The notes below the pieces were generated by a model. The model saw nothing but the letters and a program-made list of their open reading frames with translations. It ran no database searches and was not told where the DNA came from. From Guillardia theta CCMP2712 (lineage: Eukaryota; Protista; Cryptophyta), in NCBI RefSeq assembly GCF_000315625.1, contig NW_005434642.1:65080-129079 (forward strand): a stretch of 64,000 nucleotides of DNA, written 5' to 3'. The position numbers were made by a program, and so were the translations under genes. This document shows positions 13,272 through 26,809 of the stretch, piece after piece (the stretch's first letter is position 1; each line of letters begins with the position of its first letter).

Positions 13272-16200
13272 TCAGTCATCGAGCTGGGTCAAGAGCGCAG
13301 CTCCTCGTTTGACCCAGTGGGCCTCAGTCATCTTGGAGGGCAGCACCATCTCCATCACGAAGTTGGTGCTGTGACCTGTGGTGGACAGCGTTCCTCTCCT
13401 CGCGCTTGTCTTGTAGAGGGGGATGGGGTAGTCGCCGTCCTTGAGCTTGAAGTCCGTCACGAGGATGGGAATCAGTTGAACCACGGGCATGGGCTCGAAC
13501 AAGACTTTGGGAGACTGCTCTGTCAGGATGTTCTCTTCGTAGTCCCATGCTGCCCCATCAATGAAGAGGCCATCGATGTAGCAACCGTCCTCAGCCCTCT
13601 CGTTGGGTCGCACGAGGATGGTCTTGAAGTCCCATCGCAGCGTGTCGATAGCAAGCTGATGCTTCCTTGCGAAGTTCTGCAGGGTCCCGGTGAGGAACGA
13701 CTGCGTGAAGTAGAAGCCCGAGAGCCAGTAGACGGGCGGCGGACCCTCGTCGATCCACTTCTGCAGAAACTGCAGGCGGTGCATGAAGTCTTCGAAGTAG
13801 CTTGCCAGAGGTTTGAGGGAGGGGTATGACACGTTCAACCACAGACTCGGTACCTGCCCCACCATGAACGAGTTGGCAACAGCCTCTAGGTCCCCGGACA
13901 TGACGATCAGGCCCTTGACGGCCTTGATGAGCTGCTGCAGGGAGTGTCGTATCACTACGATCACTCGATTGAACCTCAAGCACTCCTGCGTCAGCACAGT
14001 GTTCATGCTCTCCTTGTAGTCCGTGGGGTACACCTCGGCCACCTCGTCCACTCGGAACGGCAGCCCAAACCTGAACAGGTCTGACTGGGTCGGGAGCGAC
14101 TCTTCCATCCTCTGTGCCATCTGCTCGAGGAAGGAGTCGGAGCTCTGACCTCCCTCTGCCCCGGACGACTCGCCCTTGGGCATCAGGAGGAGCATAGACT
14201 CGAACAGCAGGTACGTCTCGTTCTTGGCGTACGTGATGTTGGCGTTCTCGTGTAGCCCGAAGACTTCCGGCTCCTCCAGCAGGGGGAAGTTGCGGATGTA
14301 CCCCAGCTGCTCTTCAACTGACAGGTTGCCTTGCGGGACCAAGTATTTCCCAGACTCGGAGAAGGAGTACTTCTCGTCAAGGATGTTGGGGTTGTAGATG
14401 TCAAACAGGATCTTCGACGTTGTCCGCCTGTCGAACGCGTCCGTGACTCTCCCTCCATAGTTGGTCTCCCCGGCGGTGTACCGCAGGGCCTCCCAGGGCA
14501 CGTTTTCAAACTCGTCGAGGAACATCTTGAGCTGGGTCTGGCAGATCTTCAAGTCGCTCTCGGTGAACTCGTAGGGGATGTTGAAGCCCAGGGGCCCGAA
14601 CTTCCTTCTTTCCTGCAGGAGGGCATGGAAGAAGGCAAGGCCGAAGTGCATCTTACGCAGTTCACGTGGTTTGCTGCACGAGTCGAAGAAGGAGTCTTCG
14701 AGGTTGACGTAGGTGTTGAGCATGTTGGCCCTCAGCCCTCTCGGAGGCTGCAACGTCATCTTGACGCCGTTCTGCAGGATGGAGACAGGAAACTTGTCGC
14801 TCGGGTAGCTGGTCAGCCACAGGCGGAACTGAGGGTGAGCTCGGTCTGCCGTGAAGCTCTCCACCTTGGCCTCCAACGAGGGCATCCAGCTGGGCGCCAG
14901 GTGGCAATTCTGAAGGACGATCCAGGTACCAGCATCGATCGCGTCGTCTATCATCCGCTGCGCGATCGGACCCTGTCCTTGACCGAGAGACAAGCTTTCC
15001 AGCTTGACCCCGAAGGAGTCGGCGAAGGCGATGAGGGAGGCGTTGGGATCAGCTCCTGGCGACAAGAGGAAGATGAGAGGAGAGACAGGGTTCGAGTCCT
15101 CGTAACAAGCTTTGAGATCGAACTGAGGGGGGTCCACGTATCTCTGACCCATCTCACTGATGATGAGGTTGGTAATCATCGGAACCACCTTGTCAGGTCG
15201 TAGGCAGCGCATGATGCAGAGCTTCTGGAATTGACTCAGCGACTCAGCGGAGCCGGGCATCGGCAGGGCGAAGGGCTCGTTGGAGTCGTAGATGGTCTTC
15301 CATTGCTCCAAATGAGAAGAGACCTCGTGCGAAATGTTTTTGAATGGACCAAGAAAAGACAACTGCAGCAGCTCCGTCCATGCTCGGTCAGGAATCCAGT
15401 CTGCTGGTTTCTCTAGCTGCTTCTCAGTGACTATCCCACCGATCCCGCTGAGGAGAAACCTGAGCTCCTCGACATGTATCTTGTTGGTGAAGAGCATCAG
15501 GCGAGTGCAGACAAGAAAGGAGTACAAGATCTTGTCCTTCTCAAACAAGGACCTGCAAACGTTTCTGTACAGTGAGTGAGTGAAGCGCTCGATCAAGATG
15601 TTCACTCTCTCTTCCACCTCGGCATTGGGGCTTGGGTCGTTCATCGCGTTGACAAACAGGTTGATGAACCAATCGAGCGAATACTGGTACATGGGCTCGA
15701 TGTTCCTGAGATCCGCAATGCAGAAGAATAACTGCGATCCTCTCTCAGGGTAGGGAGCGTATTTCATTCGCGTGTGATTGATCTCAGCCTCTGTCTTTTC
15801 AGCTGCTTCCAGCGCAATGCCGATTTCATTGGAGGTGACTTTTGACGCAGAGAGCGTATTGATGAGCTCTTCATCTTCAAGGATATCTCCTCCAGCCTCT
15901 GAAAGCATCTTCAAGATCTTGTCTTCAATCTCAGCTAATTGCTTCTTGTAGCTCGCATTTTGCACGACAAGCATCTGCCTCTTCGCTTCAAACTCACTCC
16001 TCTCAACCTCTACAGTAATGCCGAGCAGCTGATCTTGCAGCCCAACAGGCGTTATGGTAAAGTTGATCAGAACCACCTTGGTCGAAACTTCTGGAGCATA
16101 ATGAGGGCTCGGTAGTTTGGTGGTGATGTACAGTTTGAATTGATCGTTGTATTCAACCGTGCTGTCACCAATGTTGATGACAAACGATCCGCCAGATTTG

Positions 16201-19200
16201 TAAATGGACTTGGACAACAAGGGCTCTAGGATTGTGTCTAGCGACTCGCCGACGTTCTCCAGGAGGACTGGTCTGCCGTACTCTACGCAGGTCTCGATGG
16301 TCCTTACAAAGTTAGGGGTGCTGAGCTTCACAACCCCGATCTGCGCCTCCTTCTCCATGTTCCTGATCCATCGGTTGGCTTGTCCTTGCGGGTCGATCAT
16401 CAGCGGCCACCTACGGGACTTGGACATGATGATGGCGTTGTCGGTCGAGAGGGCGTCCCTCGGCAACCCGGCGATGTTCCAGTCACGGATCTGAACAGGG
16501 TTGCCGAGGATCTTTTCAAGCGCGATATTGCTGGAAGAGGGAATTCCTTTCTCCTTCACGGAGTGAACTGATTCTTCAATGTAGGTCGTGCGATACTCTG
16601 CGCTGAAAACACCGAGGTATGCAACGATCGAGGAGCTGATGAGCACGTCGCCGGTAACGTTCTGGAAAGCCTCATTCAAGGTTTGAACATTCTCGCTCCA
16701 TCTAATTCGCTCGCTGCCCAAACCAGAAATCAATTTACCGGCTCGCACCAGTTTCTTCTCACACAAGTCCACCTGGTTTGCTAAGCTTACTTTCTCTTCA
16801 TTCGCAGCCTTAAAATCCGCCTCGAGCTTTGCAATCTTGTCGAGCACCTGTCGGAGAGCATCTTGTTTCTCATGCAGGTCTGCCATCATGATGGCGAGGG
16901 CATCTTGAGCTTCCTTCAAGGCGATACGTTTGGGTTCCACTACCTTCGCAACCTTGTCGTATACCTCCATCGCTCTGACCCACTTGCAAAGCCCGGTAGC
17001 AGCCTTGCTTTGCTTCTCGATGACGTTGGGCATGAAGTCTGGTAAAGCGATGTAGGTCTTGATCTTTGCGATCACAGCTGGGGGGATGTTGTCTTTGTCA
17101 TACTCGATCAGCTGCTGCATGAAATTCGGCTCTCCCAGCAGTTTTTGAGACGGCTTCCAATAATCGTCGATTTTGGTTTTCCCATCTTCGGACATAACCT
17201 TGTCAGGTTTGATTTGGAGCATGATGCATACCCCCTCCATGACTAATTTCACTCCCTTTGGCGGATTTTTCATAGACTTCATCTCTGTGATGTCGTTCTT
17301 GGTGAGAGATTTCAAAGCCTGGAGGGCAGCATCCAGGGCTGGAAGAGCTTCAGCTAAATCGTTTTCGCAAGATGCTTTCATCTCATTAGTCTTTTCTGCT
17401 TCTGTCTTCGCAACTGCTTCGTCTGCAGCACACTTTTCCTTGGTGACAGCAGCCTCAGCCGATTCCTTGTCCAACACGACTATCAGATCTTCTACTTCCT
17501 TCGTCTTGCTTGCCAGGATGGGTTGCAAAGCTGTAAGTTCTTCCTCCATTTGCGAAACATTCTCGGCGCATGCAAGCAACTTATTCAATCCAATCTCGTA
17601 CCTGCCCTTTTGGTAACCTACCTCTTCTTTTTTCACGTTCAACAGGCTTTTGAATGTCGATATCAACTCCAAATAACTTGTAGGAGTCACGTAATTGTAT
17701 CGGTTCACTTCTGCCAGGTACCTCTTGCTCAAAGATTGCGCCTGAACTTGAAATTGCATGCATTGATCAATGACAGGTCGTAGAATATCATTCTCAAGCC
17801 CTATTCCTTCTAAAGACTTTTGAGCAACAGCGATCAGGCCATCTTCTGGCCAAGGAAAGTACCAATCGATAGTACAGCAGTTCACAAGCGACGGGAACTG
17901 CCTGAGCCTGTCACGGAGACCCGATCCTATGGGGCTCATACAGATAACGATGTGCATGTTCTGCTTGCACTCCTCGATGAAGAACTCGATGGAGTCTGTC
18001 ATAGTGAGGCCACGGCCTGCAGCCTTTGCTCGTGGAGCCACCGCGTCAAGAACCTGCATCATCTCATCTGCTGGAAAGAGGTTAGGCACTGAGCCTGTGT
18101 TGAGAATATTGTTGATGTCTTCAAGCATGGACTCAACAACTATCTGAGTGTCTGTGAATAAAAAGACTGCTCGATGGTTCTCGCAACCTGCCTTCTTGAA
18201 AAGAACCTTAAGATCCTCAAGCCAAGCTGCCTTATCGTAATTCTTCGATATTTCAATGTTGAACAGCCAGAACTCTCCGATAGATGCTGCAAGGCGAGTA
18301 AGCGACTGCCTCCCGCTCCCTCCAACTCCAACAAGGAGGGCATGGCCCCCAGGTTGCCTGAAGATTCGACACAGACGGCAAATATGCTCAATAACGTATC
18401 CAAAAAGAACCAAGTTCATAGGCTTGTTTGACATCAGATTGTAATCTTCGAGGAACTCTTCCACGACAGCAGTTGCAAGGGTGATGTCCACGACTTGTGT
18501 GTATTTCCTCTGCTCATAATCCAGCTGGCTTCTCTTTCCATCTAACATGAAGTCAGAGTACAAGAGAAGACCATTTCCATCAGCGCCCTGTCCAACTATG
18601 GAAGCGATCTGGGTCTTGAAGTTCTCTTGAACGACGGTGCTTTGCATCTTGTCAAACCACTCCTTGTCTGCAGAATCAATCAGGCGATCCTGGAATATTC
18701 TTCTACTCTCGTGGATCCACGCACGATACAAATCGTCGGCTCCCTTGATGCTTTCACTGTTCACTGTCATGATTCCTTGGATGACCTTTGACAGGTCCCT
18801 CAAGTTAAAAGTGTAATGCGACTTGGAAGGGGTGGGTAAAAGCCCTTCCGATATGTTCTTGAACACTTGAAGGGTAGCAGAAACAATGTGAGTGGTGATT
18901 GATGACGATACTGACGTGCACACATTCTGGCACCACCAGCTCAAAATCGTAGTGAAAATTCTCGTCATTCCCTCATCGTCGAAGGGGGTCACTATGATGA
19001 TGTTATACCATCGTGTGTAGCGACATGTTATGTCTGTCCTGCTGCCCCCAGGAAGACCCATCGCAGCGATGTAAACGATGTCAACGAGCTGTTTCCATTC
19101 GATTTCCTTTCTATCCCACCATCCTCCCCAATGCATATGCTGGCGCAAGATCTCAATGGGCGGCTGAGCTCCATACTTTTCCTTTGCAGGCATATTCAAA

Positions 19201-22200
19201 TCATCCACGAAAATAATCAATTTCTTCCCAAGTGGTGGACCATAGACGCCTTTCCTCCGTTTATCAACTTTGCCATCGATAATGTCTTGAGTTTGATTTG
19301 CTTTTGAGTTTGCCGAAAAATTCATGAAGTGGGATAAAAATGTTTCACCCATTCCTCGCATCAGGATATCTTTTACCATCACAGACTTTCCAGTACCCGT
19401 GTCACCACATAACAGGACTGGATAATCATGTCTTAATTGGGTTTGAATGATATATCCATACCGCAAGGTATCTATCGTAGGGACAAGAATGTCTTGAAAC
19501 TTCTTGTCAGCTGTAATGGCAAAGTGGGGAATGGTATCTAACCAGCCTTTCCATTTGCAGGTTGCAGCATCCCAAGCACAATCATAGACTTGACCTTTGT
19601 CTGGCGGTGGACAAGACAACTTGACAGTATCTGGTGCGGAAATCAAGGCTCTCAGACTCTGATCGAACTTTGCCCTTCCTATCTCATCAGTTACACAACC
19701 TAGTGACCAAATCAGAGAAAGGAGGAATCCGCCATCAATTTTCTTAGCAATTTCTGCCAATTTTTTGAAATTGTCTTCTTCAAAAAGTTCTGACAGATGA
19801 GATTTCAGCAATTTGATCAAACTCAATACTAATTCAGAATTCTTGGTGGAAACAGGTTGCTTGCATTCTTTTTTCAGCGTCACAAGTAAAGGAGGAATGA
19901 AATAGTTGAACAACTGTTTTATATTAGGCTTGAAGGCATCGAGATGTGTTGGCAGGGACTCAAGCCAAGATTCGAGTATAGACTGCCAATCCAGCATGTG
20001 TGGCTCCATCAATACCATTCCGTTTCGACTGACCGTTGCAGGAGAGGCTACCGCCAAGTCTTCGGGCTCAAACATCATAGTCATAGTTGGAGTAAGCTTG
20101 ATGATCTCACCACTGTTGAGACACAATTTCTTATTGTCATCCATCACTGTATTCATGTTTTCAATCCAAATGGCATCGACAGGTCCATCGAACAAAATCC
20201 ATTTGCGCTTTACTCTCAGCTCAGGATCAAAGTCCATCTGTGCACATTTTCTGACTAGTGAAGCTCCAATACCCTCCACCCATTCTCGAGTGACTGGATC
20301 GAAGTTTCCGTATATCTGATCAATCGTGATTGCTTTGGGGTTCAGACTGAACATGGTAACGTCCTCGTAGTGTTTCTTATCCTTGACGTTGTTCATCCCA
20401 TACTCAAGAACCTTGAAGACAGTCGTTTTCATCGACATAGCAAGACCAACAACCATCAAACTATGTCGAACTGTTATGGTCTCGTACAACTGAATGCATT
20501 TTGCGAGCAAAGTCTCCGTAGGCTGCACATTCAAGAAATGGGTCTTAGATGAGCTGACAGTGAGAGGATTGGGAAGTCTGTCAACCAGTTCTGAGCATGC
20601 TTGAACCAATCCTGCCTTCAACATGTCATAGTCAGGTGTCGGGGTTACAATACCAAGGAATAAATCAGATGTAATGCCACGGAATAATGGTAAATCTGCA
20701 TCTGTAAACTTTGGCAGGTTTACATCATTGATGGCTCGCAACACAATAATATCTTCCTTCTCGTCCAAAAATTGACGCTTCAGTTGCCCAGCAGCAGTAA
20801 GAATCGACTTCACTGCTCGCATACCAAAATCGTAATGCACCTGCGAGGATAGCTGTTCGCTTGAGATCTGGAGAGACTTCACCAACTTTCTTGCGAGATC
20901 TCTTGCATCTGTGAATCCATAAGAGTACAAGCAAATTTCTGATATCATGGCATAATCAGGAACCATCATTGCACAAGGACGAAACAAAGCTTTCAAATTA
21001 TCTGGAAGTTCACTTCTCCCGGCATATCCTGGGTTCATTGTGATGAATGAAGAAAATCCTTTCACCAGGGGAATATCGCTTCCCTCAAACACGATGCGGC
21101 TCAATCCCCTTCGCAAGCCGTCACTCAAAGTCAAAATCTGTTGAGCAATCACTGAAAGCACTTCTAGATCGATTCGATTGAATTCGTCGAAACAAGCCCA
21201 TGCGCCACAACTGGCCAAGCCTTTGAAAAACTTGGCCATTGCCAGGTAATCTAGACCGTCCGAACAATTGAAAACAACGCACTGCTTTGCAACAGCCTTG
21301 GACAGATCTTTGACAGTTTCTGTCTTCCCAGTACCCGCTGGGCCCTCCGGAGCTCCGCCAAGGCTGAGATGAAGAGCTCCCATCAACGTGCGGTAGCATC
21401 GATCGGTTAGAGGCGTGACGACCAAGCGCATGGAGTTCCCGAGGTATTCGTAACTGTAAGGGAGGGTCGCGTTCATCATCTTCGTCAGGATCACATCTTC
21501 TCCTTCTAATGGCTCCTCGTAATATCTCAGTTGGGAATTCCAGTCAAATTCATGGATAGAAGAAACACCATTCGTCACCAGAGTGCTGGTTACATCTTTG
21601 TTGTGCACGTCGAGAACCACCATGGCACCAACAATAAGCCGGGCTTGCTTGGACATGTCACCCCGAACGAGCTCAACAATCTCTGTAAGTTCCTGAATCA
21701 TCTTGGTTTCAACTTCCTTCACACCGTTCTTGCCTTGTGAAATCATCGCAGATTCAATGTCCTTTGTCCAATATAGACAGTCAACGGCTAGCACAATCAT
21801 ACCAGTCATTTCCTGAACAAATGATGTACGTACTGCATTGGCGTATTCAGCAATAGCACTTCTTCCTATGTTCTTCAAGGACTTCCTCATTGAAGACTCT
21901 AACTCCAGCAGCCATCTTTCAACGTTGCCCCTATTTCTTTCCGCATCTGGCTGTACGGGACATTCAGAAGTAAGTTGAACCACTTCACCTTCGCCAGAAA
22001 TGATTGAGATAATATCCAGCATTGCTCCTCCTTCAGCTTGTTCGACCTCTGTCTTGCCTTTCATTTCAACACCACATATTGCTTCGAAAATCTTTGGAAG
22101 ATGCGGTACGACTCTTCGTGGATCTTTGGTTTCTGACAAGATATCCAAAAGTTCATCATTGCTGAGAAAGTAAAACCTGGGAAACGCACTTCTCTTCGTT

Positions 22201-25200
22201 TCAAGGTAATCATTCAATCCTTTTTGGACAATATCTAACGTCTTGTTTGCGTCTATGAAATGATTCTTTAGATTGTCAATATTCATTACTTGCAAGACTG
22301 CAGGCGCTTCCGCACCAGCTTGCATGGTCTGCCGCCAGAGCTGGTCCACCTTTTGAAATCGACGACCCTCCGTTGGCATCTGTCTCATGATGTCTGGCGA
22401 GGCGAAAATCGGTTCCAGATACAACCATGTCTTTTGAAACTTAATCCATTCTTCTAAAACGTCTTGCATGTATACCAAACGATTGCTCCATTCAATCACA
22501 ACAGCTTCAAGTGGCTTAGCATAAGGGGATCCACGCATGGATTGAACTTTGACGATTTGATCATCCAAAAGCATGACTGTTTCTTCAATTCCTTTCAGAA
22601 CGTAAGTGCCAGTGTCTTTGTAGGGAGAGAATTCAAATTCTAAATCTTTCCATTCAGTTTTCATCTTGTCCAATGCTCTCTCAAATCCATACTCTTTGGC
22701 AGCCTGTTCTGACAAAGTTACCACAAATTGCTCGTGTTTGTCTATTTCCATTTCAAGCAAAAACTTCAAAGTCAGAGATACGTCTGGAACAATCTCCTTC
22801 CCAACTTCTTGGCTCAATTTAGTCCAATGCCTTTCTCTCATTCCCGGGTTGCGGAGTGCAGCAATTAGAGGAAGATATGGTCGGAAGTTCTCTAGTTTTT
22901 CTCTGAGAAGGGCAGCAACGGACTGGGGTTCAGGCTTGCCTTCGAATATTTTCTCTGCCTTGACAGAAAATTTCCACCAAGAATTGACATTCATTTCAAT
23001 GCTCTCAGCATCAAGTTGGTTGAATGAGCCATACATCCAATTCGGAAATCCTTTTTGGAAGTCTGCTGAGATGGACCACAATTCTGCATATGGTTTGAAC
23101 GTAGATGACAGGTTGTCTATTTCGAGGTAACTTGTCTGTGAATATTCAAACAATTTCTCACGAGAATTTATCAGTTCAGCTGTCTCTTTAGCTTCAATCA
23201 ACCTTTGATTCAACAACATAACTTGACCAGCATACTCTTCAGCTTGTTCCAAGTCATTGTAAGAGAAAAATCGATTAATGTCCGCCTCAATTGACAAAAG
23301 ATCCTTCTGGAATTCAACCTTAGTGTTTTCCAGCTTGGTCTTGAATTTAAAGCTTTCGTCTTCATGTCGTGGCACGGCATCTTTTCTGGTCTGATTTAGA
23401 ACCTTTGGCTGCTTGAAGGCATTCCAATACAGAGCAAGATCTTCAGAGTCGACATCGTATGCAAATAATTCTAACACATCGAGCTTTTCTCTTGCTCTTG
23501 AGATCTCAACGGTGAGTTCATGCATCTCTGCTTCACACGTTATCACATACTCCTGCAATTTCGCCAGCTGCTCAGGATTCTCGGGAGTCTCCTGGAGTTT
23601 GGATAGGATCTTCTCAAATGCATCGACCATGGATGTGTTCTGTTCGTGTGCTTCATATGCCACATCATTAAGCATTGACATCTTAAGCTTTTCAGCCTTT
23701 GCCTCTAGCTCCAATATAGTCTTGGAGTTAGAGACTTCATACATCCTCAAAATCATCAGGTTTGGTATCCGTCGCTGAACTTCATGACAGGCTTGCATGA
23801 ATCTATGAATCTCAGCTTTGGTTTCACTCAAAGGATGTCCAGATTCCTTCCACTTGACCACATGTTCATCCACGTCGGTGACAATAAGATGATCATAAAC
23901 ATTGAACTCATTGAGTAAAGCTTGCGGAGCAAAGCAATTATCTGTGATACACCGCTTCACCCGATCTATCGATTCTTTGATGAAATTCTCAAAGTCAATG
24001 CCCACGCATGGTTCCAAAGCAGTCTTGGAGGATTTCGCACCGATGACTTCTACCCCAAAGGATGGTATCGTCTTTGTAGCTTCCACCAGCTCTTGCACCA
24101 CAGAAACAGCTATTCTCTGAATTTCCTCAAGCGGAGGATCGATCGTTAAGGATCCGTTTGAATAATTCACAGAAATGCAGAAGAGCGGAGAGCGCTGTGA
24201 ACGAATTCCGAATGACAGATCTGAAGGGAGAGTTTCCGGTTCCCCAAAGAATGTTTGATGATTGCCTTCAGATGTCAAGTTCTCGTCCTTCATCGGTCGA
24301 ATAAAGCTTTCAAGAATTCTCACATAAGTCTGAATGTCTTCATACACCGAGTTTCTGATCGCGTCTTTCAGCATTTGATTTCCAAGTTGCACGATTCTTG
24401 TATATTTCACTTTTTGCTCAGCAGAGAGAGATTGCCCAATTGTTGCTTCCTCAGTGCTGTACGCTTGTAACAGCGAGTCTATCATGGACTCCATCATGGA
24501 CGAAGTGACTTCCTCAATCGCATGACTCCAAGTGTCCTTTTGTCGTTTCAAGAATGCATCTATTTTCATGGGTTCATTGCTGAATGATAGAAACCGAACA
24601 TTCTCAGCCTTGGTGATTTGACTTTGAAATGCAAACAAAGATAATAACAAGTGAGATGCAGCCCAAGGCAGACCAGCCTCTACCTTTTGCACAACACGTC
24701 GGAAATTTGATTGCTCATGTTCCTTTTCATAGACAACCTCAAGATCTTCTGAGAGTTTTGTCGATAACGGTACTGTACATATGACTCCCTGGCCTGGAAT
24801 TCGAAGAATCGTTGCAGGCAAGTCCTCTTGACCATGCATTTCCACTGGGTCTAGAATTTCATTGGCGTTCTTGCTGGGTTCTATGTGGTTGAGCACCAAC
24901 TTGTTCATGGTCCTGCAAAAGTGGAACAGCACCTCCTCGACGAGGTCGAAGTTTCTCTTCAGCCGATCTGTTGATATATCTAAGCCTATTCTCTGTACAA
25001 TAGCATGAAACTGCTCTGGCATCAGTTGGAGTTGATGTTCAATTTCCATAGAGTCTATCAGTCGCTCGTATCGCAGCATGGCTTCAATTCTGGTGCGACT
25101 GTCAAGAGCCTGCTGCCTTCGCCGTACATGCCGTTGAAGATCTTCATCTTTGAAACATAGATTCAACCTGCTTACTTTTTTGGTCTTTTCATTGTTGAGC

Positions 25201-26079
25201 CACTTGACAAGAAACATCTTTTCCGATTCGATCCAACACAAAGTCAGCACCTCTCGCCACTCACACGTCCCATCACCAAAGTGCCAGAGGGATAATGCTG
25301 GTTTCGGATTGTCAGGTTGAATACTTTTGAACATGGATGGATCCATCGTTTCATAAGTCATGTCATCAAAGTATTCTAGAGGGAAAAACGATGGGTTACT
25401 AATTGCTTCTTCGTATGCTGGTTTTCTTCTGGATGCCTCCAAGGATAGAAGGTTTCTTTGGATAGCCAGCATAATCTCTGAAATATTAGTTGAAGTCTTT
25501 GACACTATTTTTGCGTCTGTGAGATGTAGCGAGTCATGAGAGGAACTTGCAACGCCCTGGATGGAAGGATTTCGGAATGTAAAGTGAGAACTTTTTTCGT
25601 TATTTGCTTCACTCGTTGATCTGTATGAGTGCTTGGATTCTTTTTTCGAGGTGACAATTTTTGAGTGTGGCGCTCGCACAACATTTTGTTGAGCTGAAAC
25701 ACAAAAGTCAAGATGATTGCCTGGAACTCAATTTTAAGCACCTCCAGTTGAATTATTCTTCGTTCCGACCCATTGCTTGAATTGCTACAATCCTCGAATC
25801 ACAACACAAACATAAGGAATTCGAACAGCACCTGTGAAGTTTTCTTGCTAAGATGCTCTCCTTCATTCTCCTTTGGAACATGGATGACCACATTCCATTC
25901 TCCCGGCTTGGGCACGTTCTTCAGATCTCGAGCCTATTCAAATCCCTCAGCATATTCTTCTCCACATGATTCACTTCAAGCACCTTGAGGTTGATTTCCT
26001 TCACATTTTCCTCCTCGTACTGTGTGAAGCGCTCGTAAGCTTGCTCTAGCCGCGCATTGGACGCGCTCCTGTGTGCCAT
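13272..26079 (-). CDS. Axonemal inner-arm (single-headed) dynein heavy chain; three short 5' exons plus one ~12.4 kb exon
   Basis: 4135-aa ORF with P-loops GPAGTGKT, GLAMSMKT, GDTGTGKS, GVGGSGRQS, plus CFDEFNR and LSTTGHSTNF. ATG 26079 (MAHRSASN) splices in frame through three GT-AG introns. Confidence 0.97.
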
Positions 26080-26327
26080 AGCGGCAGGAGGCGGTTAGCG
26101 CGATTCTTCACTCAACCCACTTGCACCCCACCCCCTGCCCCAGACTGCGGAGCCTATCACTGACGTCCCCCTGATCCTCTTACATCTCAAAAACTCCTTT
26201 CTTAGCACTAATGAAATAAGGCATAGTACCTACCCTGAAGCTCAAAGATCTTATAGTCGATCACTTGAAGCCTAGTTCCTTGCCAACTGTTGGCCCTACC
26301 TCAACGACCGTAGTCAGAGAGCGCGGG

Positions 26328-26385
26328 CCCTCATCCCCTCATCCCCTCATCCCCTCATCCCCTCATCCCTTCATCCCCTCATCCC
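26328..26385. repeat. (CCCCTCAT)n tandem repeat, about 7 copies, followed by a GC-rich tract to about 26730
   Basis: Directly visible. Confidence 0.85.
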
Positions 26386-26809
26386 GGGGCCCCCCACTGA
26401 ACCGGCCCCGCCGTACCGCCGGGACGCTCCCGGACAGTCAAGAGTCGGTGCCCGATCGGACGGCGAGGCCCGGCCTCGCTCCGGCAGGCCCCTGCTTTAG
26501 CAACTCAGTCGTTCTGAGTGCAAGGTTTAACCGAACTTCAAGCCGACTCTCAGACGGTGGATGACCGATTGTCACCCTGGCTCAGCCTGCGTGATCATCA
26601 GGCCCACCGTGGCCGCACGCGCTGCGGTCGGAGCGGCTTGCGGGACTCGAATAATCACACGTGGCGACAGCCCGGCACTGCTAGGCTGAGGCAGGTCGGA
26701 CTCGGGGGAGTAGTACGTCACGGGTGACTCAATTGGAGTAAACATTGAGTTTTACTGCTCGTGGGTGTTGCAGGACTCATGCAGAACTTAGAGTCCAGTA
26801 GCATACTGC

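Noticed and set aside
14331-15203. 290-aa plus-strand ORF and other ORFs opposite the dynein
   Set aside because: Antisense shadows in GC-rich coding DNA.
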